Shown here piece by piece: positions 41,601 through 53,515 of a stretch of 64,000 nt of DNA. This stretch comes from Azolla caroliniana. Its lineage: Eukaryota; Plantae; Polypodiophyta. The stretch spans positions 1 to 64,000 of the forward strand of contig JBHGNT010000032.1 in NCBI GenBank assembly GCA_043228905.1, in the 5' to 3' direction. The notes below the pieces were generated by a model that searched no databases, was not told the DNA's origin, and saw only the letters and a list, made by a program, of their open reading frames with translations. Position 1 is the stretch's first letter. Every line of letters starts with the position of its first letter. Position numbers and translations under genes: made by a program.

Positions 41601-43100
41601 CGACCCAGGTATGAACATTTTAATCTACTCAAGGGCTCCTCTCAACTCCCTCCTCAAGTTTGCTATTTTCTTCATGTCTCTCGACCTGAGTTTCAAAATC
41701 TTGATTTTTTAATTCCATATCATACCTCACGTAGTTGGCTTCGATTCGCATGTTTGAACACAAAAATCCGATATCACACGAGCCAGGTATGAACATTTTA
41801 ATTTACTCAAGGGTTGTTCTCAACTCACTCCTCAAATTTGCTATTTTCGTCATGTCTCTCGACCTGAGTTTGAAATTCTTGATTTTTTAATTCCATATCA
41901 TAGCTAGCGTCGTTAGCTTCGATTTGCATGTTTGAACACAAAAATCCGATATCACACGACCCAGGTATGAACATTTTAATCTACTCAAGGGCTCCTCTCA
42001 ACTCCCTCCTCAAGTTTGCTATTTTCATCATGTCTCTCGACCTCAGTTTCAAAATCTTGATTCTTTAATTCCATATCATAGCTCGCGTTGTTGGCTTCGA
42101 TTTGCATGTTTGAACACAAAAATCCGATATCACACGAGCCAGGTATGAACATTTTAATTTACTCAAGGGCTCCTCTCAACTCCCTCCTCAAGTTTGCTAT
42201 TTTCGTCATGTCCCTCGACCTGAGTTTCAAAATCTTGATTTTTTAATTCATATCATAGCTAGCGTTTCAAGCTTCGATTTGCATGTTTGAACACAAAAAT
42301 CCGATATCACTAGAGCTAGGTATGAACATTTTAATTTACTCAAGGGCTCCTCTCAACTCCCTCCGCAAGTTTGCTATTTTCGTCATGTCTCTCGACCTGA
42401 GCTTCAAAATCTTGATTTTTTAATTCCATATCATAGCTCGCGTTGTTGGCTTCGATTCGCATGTTTGAACACAAAAATCCGATATCACACGAGCCAGGTA
42501 TGAACATTTTAATTTACTCAAGGGCTCCTCTCAACTCCCTCCTCAAGTTTGCTATTTTCGTCATGTCTCTCGACCTGAGTTTCAAAATCTTGATTTTTTA
42601 ATTCCATATCATACCTCACGTAGTTGGCTTCGATTCGCATGTTTGAACACAAAAATCCGATATCACACGAGCCAGGTATGAACATTTTAATTTACTCAAG
42701 GGCTGTTCTCAACTCACTCCTCAAATTTGCTATTTTCGTCATGTCTCTCGACCTGAGTTTCAAAATCTTTATTTTATAATTCCATATCATAGCTCGCGTT
42801 GTTGGCTTCAATTCGCATGTTTGAACACAAAAATCCAATATCACACGAGCCAGGTATGAACATTTTAATTTACTCAAGGGCTCCTATCAACTCACTCCTC
42901 AAATTTGCTATTTTCGTCATGTCTCTCGACCTGAGTTTCAAAATCTTGATTTTTAAATTCCATATCATAGCTCGCGTTGTTGGCTTCGATTCGCATGTTT
43001 GAACACAAAAATCCGATATCACACGAGCCAGGTATGAACATTTTAATTTACTCAAGGGCTCCTCTCAACTCCCTCCTCAAGTTTGCTATTTTCGTCATGT
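35690..43100 (+). repeat. Higher-order tandem duplication, period 3736 bp (21 monomers, two of them 177 bp)
   Basis: Private variant tcacTAgagcTagg at 38571 and 42307. ORF pairs 36114/39850, 37177/40913, 38956/42692 and 39134/42870 are all 3736 apart. Confidence 0.92.
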
Positions 43101-43940
43101 ATCTCGACCTGAGTTTGAAATTCTTGATTTTTTAATTCCATATCATAGCTAGCGTTGTTAGCTTCGATTCGCATGTTTGAACACAAAAATCCGATATCAC
43201 ACGAGCCAGGTATGAACATTTTAATTTACTCAAGGGCTCCTCTCAACTCCCTCCTCAAGTTTGCTATTTTCTTCATGTCTCTCGACCTGAGTTTCAAAAT
43301 CTTGATTTTTTAATTCCATATCATAGCTAGCGTTTCAAGCTTCGATTTGCATGTTTGAACACAAAAATCCGATATCACACGAGCCAGGTATGAACATTTT
43401 AATTTACTCAAGGGCTCCTCTCAACTCCCTCCTCAAGTTTGTTATTTTCGTCATGTCTCTCGACCTGAGTTTCAAAATCTTGATTTTTTAATTCCATATC
43501 ATACCTCACGTAGTTGGTTTCGATTCGCATGTTTGAACACAAAAATCCGATATCACACGAGCCAGGTATGAACATTTTAATTACTTAAGGGCTCCTCTCA
43601 ACTCCCTCCTCAAGTTTGCTATTTTCGTCATGTCTCTCGACCTGAGTTTCAAAATCTTGATTTTTTAATTCCATATCATAGCTCGCGTTGTTGGCTTCGA
43701 TTTGCATGTTTGAACACAAAAATCCGATATCACACGAGCCAGGTATGAACATTTTAATTACTTAAGGGCTCCTCTCAACTCCCTCCTCAAGTTTGCTATT
43801 TTCGTCATGTCTCTCGACCTGAGTTTCAAAATCTTGATTTTTTAATTCCATATCATACCTCACGTAGTTGGCTTCGAGTCGCATGTTTGAACACAAAAAT
43901 CCGATATCACACGAGCCAGGTATGAACATTTTAATTACTT

Positions 43941-44052
43941 AAGGGCTCCTCTCAACTCCCTCCTCAAGTTTGCTATTTTCATCATGTCTCTCGACCTGAG
44001 TTTCAAATTCTTGATTTTTTAATTCCATATCATAGCTAGCGTTGTTAGCTTC
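43941..44052 (+). repeat. Truncated 112-bp monomer (66-bp deletion)
   Basis: AAGGG anchors at 43941 and 44053 are 112 bp apart instead of 178. The junction reads gttagctTCaagggctg. Confidence 0.92.
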
Positions 44053-45411
44053 AAGGGCTGTTCTCAACTCATTCCTCAAATTTGCTATTTTCGTCATGTC
44101 TCTCGACCTGAGTTTCAAAATCTTTATTTTATAATTCCATATCATAGCTCGCGTTGTTGGCTTCCATTCGCATGTTTGAACACAAAAATCCGATATCACA
44201 CGAGCCAGGTATGAACATTTTAATTTAGTCAAGGGCTGTTCTCAACTCACTCCTCAAATTTGCTATTTTCGTCATGTCTCTCGACCTGAGTTTCAAAATC
44301 TTTATTTTATAATTCCATATCATAGCTCGCGTTGTTGGCTTCCATTCGCATGTTTGAACACAAAAATCCGATATCACACGAGCCAGGTATGAACATTTTA
44401 ATTTACTCAAGGGCTGTTCTCAACTCACTCCTCAAATTTGCTATTTTCGTCATGTCTCTCGACCTGAGTTTCAAAATCTTGATTTTATAATTCCATATCA
44501 TAGCTCGCGTTGTTGGCTTCAATTCGCATGTTTGAACACAAAAATCCGATATCACACGAGCCAGGTATGAACATTTTAATTTACTCAAGGGTTGTTCTCA
44601 ACTCACTCCTCAAATTTGCTATTTTCGTCATGTCTCTCGACCTGAGTTTCAAAACCTTTATTTTTTAATTCCATATCATAGCTCGCGTTGTTGGCTTCGA
44701 TTCGCATGTTTGAACACAAAAATCCGATATCACACGACCCAGGTATGAACATTTTAATCTACTCAAGGGCTCCTCTCAACTCCCTCCTCAAGTTTGCTAT
44801 TTTCATCATGTCTCTCGACCTGAGTTTCAAATTCTTGATTTTTTAATTCCATATCATAGCTAGCGTTGTTAGCTTCGATTCGCATGTTTGAACACAAAAA
44901 TCCGATATCACACGAGCCAGGTATGAACATTTTAATTTACTCAAGGGCTCCTCTCAACTCCCTCCTCAAGTTTGCTATTTTCGTCATGTATCTCGACCTG
45001 AGTTTGAAATTCTTGATTTTTTAATTCCATATCATACCTAGCGTTGTTAGCTTCGATTCGCAGGTTTGAACACAAAAATCCGATATCACACGAGCCAGGT
45101 ATGAACATTTTAATTTACTCAAGGGCTGTTCTCAACTCACTCCTCAAATTTGCTATTTTCGTCATGTCTCTCGACCTGAGTTTCAAAATCTTGATTTTAT
45201 AATTCCATATCATAGCTCGCGTTGTTGGCTTCAATTCGCATGTTTGAACACAAAAATCCGATATCACACGAGCCAGGTATGAACATTTTAATTTACTCAA
45301 GGGCTGTTCTCAACTCACTCCTCAAATTTGCTATTTTCGTCATGTCTCTCGACCTGAGTTTCAAAATCTTGATTTTATAATTCCATATCATAGCTCGCGT
45401 TGATGGCTTCA

Positions 45412-48400
45412 ATTCGCATGTTTGAACACAAAAATCCGATATCACACGAGCCAGGTATGAACATTTTAATTTACTCAAGGGTTGTTCTCAACTCACTCCT
45501 CAAATTTGCTATTTTTGTCATGTCTCTCGACCTGAGTTTGAAATTCTTGATTTTTTAATTCCATATCATAGCTAGCGTTGTTAGCTTCGATTTGCATGTT
45601 TGAACACAAAAATCCGATATCACACGACCCAGGTATGAACATTTTAATCTACTCAAGGGCTCCTCTCAACTCCCTCCTCAAGTTTGCTATTTTCATCATG
45701 TCTCTCGACCTGAGTTTCAAAATCTTGATTCTTTAATTCCATATCATAGCTCGCGTTGTTGGCTTCGATTTGCATGTTTGAACACAAAAATCCGATATCA
45801 CACGAGCCAGGTATGAACATTTTAATTTACTCAAGGGCTCCTCTCAACTCCCTCCTCAAGTTTGCTATTTTCGTCATGTCTCTCGACCTGAGTTTCAAAA
45901 TCTTGATTTTTTAATTCCATATCATACCTCACGTAGTTGGCTTCGATTTGCATGTTTGAACACAAAAATCCGATATCACACGACCCAGGTATGAACATTT
46001 TAATTTACTCAAGGGCTCCTCTCAACTCCCTCCTCAAGTTTGTTATTTTCGTCATGTCTCTCGACCTGAGTTTCAAAATCTTGATTTTTTAATTCCATAT
46101 CATACCTCACGTAGTTGGCTTCGATTCGCATGTTTGAACACAAAAATCCGATATCACACGAGCCAGGTATGAACATTTTAATTACTTAAGGGCTCCTCTC
46201 AACTCCCTCCTCAAGTTTGCTATTTTCGTCATGTCTCTCGACCTGAGTTTCAAAATCTTGATTTTTTAATTCCATATCATACCTCACGTAGTTGGCTTCG
46301 ATTCGCATGTTTGAACACAAAAATCCGATATCACACGAGCCAGGTATGAACATTTTAATTACTTAAGGGCTCCTCTCAACTCCCTCCTCAAGTTTGCTAT
46401 TTTCATCATGTCTCTCGACCTGAGTTTCAAATTCTTGATTTTTTAATTCCATATCATAGCTAGCGTTGTTGGCTTCGATTTGCATGTTTGAACACAAAAA
46501 TCCGATATCACACGAGCCAGGTATGAACATTTTAATTTACTCAAGGGCTCCTCTCAACTCACTCCTCAAATTTGCTATTTTCGTCATGTCTCTCGACCTG
46601 AGTTTCAAAATCTTTATTTTATAATTCCATATCATAGCTCGCGTTGTTGGCTTCAATTCGCATGTTTGAACACAAAAATCCGATATCACACGAGCCAGGT
46701 ATGAACATTTTAATTTACTCAAGGGCTCCTCTCAACTCCCTCCTCAAGTTTGCTATTTTCGTCATGTCTCTCGACCTGAGTTTCAAAATCTTGATTTTTA
46801 AATTCCATATCATAGCTCGCGTTGTTGGCTTCGATTCGCATGTTTGAACACAAAAATCCGATATCACACGAGCCAGGTATGAACATTTTAATTTACTCAA
46901 GGGCTCCTCTCAACTCCCTCCTCAAGTTTGCTATTTTCGTCATGTCTCTCGACCTGAGTTTGAAATTCTTGATTTTTTAATCCCATATCATAGCTAGCGT
47001 TGTTAGCTTCGATTCGCATGTTTGAACACAAAAATCCGATATCACACGAGCCAGGTATGAACATTTTAATTTACTCAAGGGCTGTTCTCAACTCACTCCT
47101 CAAATTTGCTATTTTCGTCATGTCTCTCGACCTGAGTTTCAAAATCTTGATTTTTTAATTCCATATCATAGCTCGCGTTGTTGGCTTCGATTCGCATGTT
47201 TAAACACAAAAATACGATATCACACGAGCCAGGTATGAACATTTTAATTTACTCAAGGGTTCCTCTCAACTCCCTCCTCAAGTTTGCTATTTTCGTCATG
47301 TCTCTCGACCTGAGTTTGAAATTCTTGATTTTTTAATTCCATATCATAGCTAGCGTCGTTAGCTTCGATTTGCATGTTTGAACACAAAAATCCGATATCA
47401 CACGACCCAGGTATGAACATTTTAATTTACTCAAGGGCTCCTCTCAACTCCCTCCTCAAGTTTGCTATTTTCGTCATGTCTCTCGACCTGAGTTTCAAAA
47501 TCTTGTTTTTTTAATTCCATATCATAGCTAGCGTTTCAAGCTTCGATTTGCATGTTTGAACACAAAAATCCGATATCACACGAGCCAGGTATGAACATTT
47601 TAATTTACTCAAGGGCTCCTCTCTACTCCCTCCTCAAGTTTGCTATTTTCGTCATGTCTCTCGACCTGAGTTTCAAAATCTTGATTTTTTAATTCCATAT
47701 CACACCTCACGTAGTTGGCTTCGATTTGCATGTTTGAACACAAAAATCCGATATCACACGAGCCAGGTATGAACATTTTAATTACTTAACGGCTCCTCTC
47801 AACTCCCTCCTCAAGTTTGCTATTTTCTTCATGTCTCTCGACCTGAGTTTCAAAATCTTGATTTTTTAATTCCATATCATAGCTAGCGTTTCAAGCTTCG
47901 ATTTGCATGTTTGAACACAAAAATCCGATATCACACGAGCCAGGTATGAACATTTTAATTTACTCAAGGGCTCCTCTCAACTCCCTCCTCAAGTTTGCTA
48001 TTTTCGTCATGTCTCTCGACCTGAGTTTGAAATTCTTGATTTTTTAATTCCATAACATAGCTAGCGTTGTTAGCTTCGATTCGCATGTTTGAACACAAAA
48101 ATCCGATATCACACGAGCCAGGTATGAACATTTTAATTTACTCAAGGGCTCCTCTCAACTCCCTCCTCAAGTTTGCTATTTTCGTCATGTCTCTCGACCT
48201 GAGTTTGAAATTCTTGATTTTTTAATTCCATAACATAGCTAGCGTTGTTAGCTTCGATTCGCATGTTTGAACACAAAAATCCGATATCACACGAGCCAGG
48301 TATGAACATTTTAATTTACTCAAGGGCTGTTCTCAACTCACTCCTCAAATTTGCTATTTTCGTCATGTCTCTCGACCTGAGTTTCAAAATCTTGATTTTA

Positions 48401-51400
48401 TAATTCCATATCATAGCTCGCGTTGTTGGCTTTAATTCGCATGTTTGAACACAAAAATCCGATATCACACGAGCCAGGTATGAACATTTTAATTTACTCA
48501 AGGGTTGTTCTCAACTCACTCCTCAAATTTGCTATTTTCGTCATGTCTCTCGACCTGAGTTTGAAATTCTTGATTTTTTAATTCCATATCATAGCTAGCG
48601 TCGTTAGCTTCGATTTGCATGTTTGAACACAAAAATCCGATATGACACGACCCAGGTATGAACATTTTAATCTACTCAAGGGCTCCTCTCAACTCCCTCC
48701 TCAAGTTTGCTATTTTCATCATGTCTCTCGACCTGAGTTTCAAAATCTTGATTCTTTAATTCCATATCATAACTCGCGTTGTTGGCTTCGATTTGCATGT
48801 TTGAACACAAAAATCCGATATCACACGAGCCAGGTATGAACACTTTAATTTACTCAAGGGCTCCTCTCAACTCCCTCCTCAAGTTTGCTATTTTCGTCAT
48901 GTCTCTCGACCTGAGTTTCAAAATCTTGATTTTTTAATTCCATATCATACCTCACGTAGTTGGCTTCGATTCGCATGTTTGAACACAAAAATCCGATATG
49001 ACACGAGCCAGGTATGAATATTTTAATTACTTAAGGGCTCCTCTCAACTCCCTCCTCAAGTTTGCTATTTTCGTCATGTCTCTCGACCTGAGTTTCAAAA
49101 TCTTGATTTTTTAATTCCATATCATAGCTAGCGTTGTTAGCTTCGATTCGCATGTTTGAACACAAAAATCCGATATCACACGAGCCAGGTATGAACATTT
49201 TAATTTACTCAAGGGCTCCTCTCAACTCCCTCCTCAAGTTTGTTATTTTCGTCATGCCTCTCGACCTGAGTTTCAAAATCTTGATTTTTTAATTCCATAT
49301 CATAGCTCGCGTTGTTGGCTTCGATTCGCATGTTTGAACACAAAAATCCGATATCACACGAGCCAGGTATGAACATTTTAATTTACTCAAGGGTTGTTCT
49401 CAACTCACTCCTCAAATTTGCTATTTTTGTCATGTCTCTCGACCTGAGTTTGAAATTCTTGATTTTTTAATTCCATATCATAGCTAGCGTTGTTAGCTTC
49501 GATTTGCATGTTTGAACACAAAAATCCGATATCACACGACCCAGGTATGAACATTTTAATCTACTCAAGGGCTCCTCTCAACTCCCTCCTCAAGTTTGCT
49601 ATTTTCATCATGTCTCTCGACCTGAGTTTCAAAATCTTGATTCTTTAATTCCATATCATAGCTCGCGTTGTTGGCTTCGATTTGCATGTTTGAACACAAA
49701 AATCCGATATCACACGAGCCAGGTATGAACATTTTAATTTACTCAAGGGCTCCTCTCAACTCCCTCCTCAAGTTTGCTATTTTCGTCATGTCTCTCGACC
49801 TGAGTTTCAAAATCTTGATTTTTTAATTCCATATCATACCTCACGTAGTTGGCTTCGATTTGCATGTTTGAACACAAAAATCCGATATCACACGACCCAG
49901 GTATGAACATTTTAATTTACTCAAGGGCTCCTCTCAACTCCCTCCTCAAGTTTGTTATTTTCGTCATGTCTCTCGACCTGAGTTTCAAAATCTTGATTTT
50001 TTAATTCCATATCATACCTCACGTAGTTGGCTTCGATTCGCATGTTTGAACACAAAAATCCGATATCACACGAGCCAGGTATGAACATTTTAATTACTTA
50101 AGGGCTCCTCTCAACTCCCTCCTCAAGTTTGCTATTTTCGTCATGTCTCTCGACCTGAGTTTCAAAATCTTGATTTTTTAATTCCATATCATACCTCACG
50201 TAGTTGGCTTCGATTCGCATGTTTGAACACAAAAATCCGATATCACACGAGCCAGGTATGAACATTTTAATTACTTAAGGGCTCCTCTCAACTCCCTCCT
50301 CAAGTTTGCTATTTTCATCATGTCTCTCGACCTGAGTTTCAAATTCTTGATTTTTTAATTCCATATCATAGCTAGCGTTGTTGGCTTCGATTTGCATGTT
50401 TGAACACAAAAATCCGATATCACACGAGCCAGGTATGAACATTTTAATTTACTCAAGGGCTCCTCTCAACTCACTCCTCAAATTTGCTATTTTCGTCATG
50501 TCTCTCGACCTGAGTTTCAAAATCTTTATTTTATAATTCCATATCATAGCTCGCGTTGTTGGCTTCAATTCGCATGTTTGAACACAAAAATCCGATATCA
50601 CACGAGCCAGGTATGAACATTTTAATTTACTCAAGGGCTCCTCTCAACTCCCTCCTCAAGTTTGCTATTTTCGTCATGTCTCTCGACCTGAGTTTCAAAA
50701 TCTTGATTTTTAAATTCCATATCATAGCTCGCGTTGTTGGCTTCGATTCGCATGTTTGAACACAAAAATCCGATATCACACGAGCCAGGTATGAACATTT
50801 TAATTTACTCAAGGGCTCCTCTCAACTCCCTCCTCAAGTTTGCTATTTTCGTCATGTCTCTCGACCTGAGTTTGAAATTCTTGATTTTTTAATCCCATAT
50901 CATAGCTAGCGTTGTTAGCTTCGATTCGCATGTTTGAACACAAAAATCCGATATCACACGAGCCAGGTATGAACATTTTAATTTACTCAAGGGCTGTTCT
51001 CAACTCACTCCTCAAATTTGCTATTTTCGTCATGTCTCTCGACCTGAGTTTCAAAATCTTGATTTTTTAATTCCATATCATAGCTCGCGTTGTTGGCTTC
51101 GATTCGCATGTTTAAACACAAAAATACGATATCACACGAGCCAGGTATGAACATTTTAATTTACTCAAGGGTTCCTCTCAACTCCCTCCTCAAGTTTGCT
51201 ATTTTCGTCATGTCTCTCGACCTGAGTTTGAAATTCTTGATTTTTTAATTCCATATCATAGCTAGCGTCGTTAGCTTCGATTTGCATGTTTGAACACAAA
51301 AATCCGATATCACACGACCCAGGTATGAACATTTTAATCGACTCAAGGGCTCCTCTCAACTCCCTCCTCAAGTTTGCTATTTTCATCATGTCTCTCGACC

Positions 51401-53515
51401 TGAGTTTCAAAATCTTGTTTTTTTAATTCCATATCATAGCTAGCGTTTCAAGCTTCGATTTGCATGTTTGAACACAAAAATCCGATATCACACGAGCCAG
51501 GTATGAACATTTTAATTTACTCAAGGGCTCCTCTCTACTCCCTCCTCAAGTTTGCTATTTTCGTCATGTCTCTCGACCTGAGTTTCAAAATCTTGATTTT
51601 TTAATTCCATATCACACCTCACGTAGTTGGCTTCGATTTGCATGTTTGAACACAAAAATCCGATATCACACGAGCCAGGTATGAACATTTTAATTACTTA
51701 ACGGCTCCTCTCAACTCCCTCCTCAAGTTTGCTATTTTCTTCATGTCTCTCGACCTGAGTTTCAAAATCTTGATTTTTTAATTCCATATCATAGCTAGCG
51801 TTTCAAGCTTCGATTTGCATGTTTGAACACAAAAATCCGATATCACACGAGCCAGGTATGAACATTTTAATTTACTCAAGGGCTCCTCTCAACTCCCTCC
51901 TCAAGTTTGCTATTTTCGTCATGTCTCTCGACCTGAGTTTGAAATTCTTGATTTTTTAATTCCATAACATAGCTAGCGTTGTTAGCTTCGATTCGCATGT
52001 TTGAACACAAAAATCCGATATCACACGAGCCAGGTATGAACATTTTAATTTACTCAAGGGCTCCTCTCAACTCCCTCCTCAAGTTTGCTATTTTCGTCAT
52101 GTCTCTCGACCTGAGTTTGAAATTCTTGATTTTTTAATTCCATAACATAGCTAGCGTTGTTAGCTTCGATTCGCATGTTTGAACACAAAAATCCGATATC
52201 ACACGAGCCAGGTATGAACATTTTAATTTACTCAAGGGCTGTTCTCAACTCACTCCTCAAATTTGCTATTTTCGTCATGTCTCTCGACCTGAGTTTCAAA
52301 ATCTTGATTTTATAATTCCATATCATAGCTCGCGTTGTTGGCTTTAATTCGCATGTTTGAACACAAAAATCCGATATCACACGAGCCAGGTATGAACATT
52401 TTAATTTACTCAAGGGTTGTTCTCAACTCACTCCTCAAATTTGCTATTTTCGTCATGTCTCTCGACCTGAGTTTGAAATTCTTGATTTTTTAATTCCATA
52501 TCATAGCTAGCGTCGTTAGCTTCGATTTGCATGTTTGAACACAAAAATCCGATATGACACGACCCAGGTATGAACATTTTAATCTACTCAAGGGCTCCTC
52601 TCAACTCCCTCCTCAAGTTTGCTATTTTCATCATGTCTCTCGACCTGAGTTTCAAAATCTTGATTCTTTAATTCCATATCATAACTCGCGTTGTTGGCTT
52701 CGATTTGCATGTTTGAACACAAAAATCCGATATCACACGAGCCAGGTATGAACACTTTAATTTACTCAAGGGCTCCTCTCAACTCCCTCCTCAAGTTTGC
52801 TATTTTCGTCATGTCTCTCGACCTGAGTTTCAAAATCTTGATTTTTTAATTCCATATCATACCTCACGTAGTTGGCTTCGATTCGCATGTTTGAACACAA
52901 AAATCCGATATGACACGAGCCAGGTATGAATATTTTAATTACTTAAGGGCTCCTCTCAACTCCCTCCTCAAGTTTGCTATTTTCGTCATGTCTCTCGACC
53001 TGAGTTTCAAAATCTTGATTTTTTAATTCCATATCATAGCTAGCGTTGTTAGCTTCGATTCGCATGTTTGAACACAAAAATCCGATATCACACGAGCCAG
53101 GTATGAACATTTTAATTTACTCAAGGGCTCCTCTCAACTCCCTCCTCAAGTTTGTTATTTTCGTCATGCCTCTCGACCTGAGTTTCAAAATCTTGATTTT
53201 TTAATTCCATATCATAGCTCGCGTTGTTGGCTTCGATTCGCATGTTTGAACACAAAAATCCGATATCACACGAGCCAGGTATGAACATTTTAATTTACTC
53301 AAGGGTTGTTCTCAACTCACTCCTCAAATTTGCTATTTTTGTCATGTCTCTCGACCTGAGTTTGAAATTCTTGATTTTTTAATTCCATATCATAGCTAGC
53401 GTTGTTAGCTTCGATTTGCATGTTTGAACACAAAAATCCGATATCACACGACCCAGGTATGAACATTTTAATCTACTCAAGGGCTCCTCTCAACTCCCTC
53501 CTCAAGTTTGCTATT
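45412..53515 (+). repeat. Higher-order tandem duplication, period 3912 bp (22 monomers, four of them 177 bp), slightly over two copies
   Basis: ORF pairs 46537/50449, 46715/50627, 48316/52228 and 48642/52554 are all 3912 apart. Shared private variants are aatcCcata, ggctTtaattc, catAactcgc and catgCctctc. The gggTtgttc...atttttgtc monomer is at 45481, 49393 and 53305. Confidence 0.92.
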
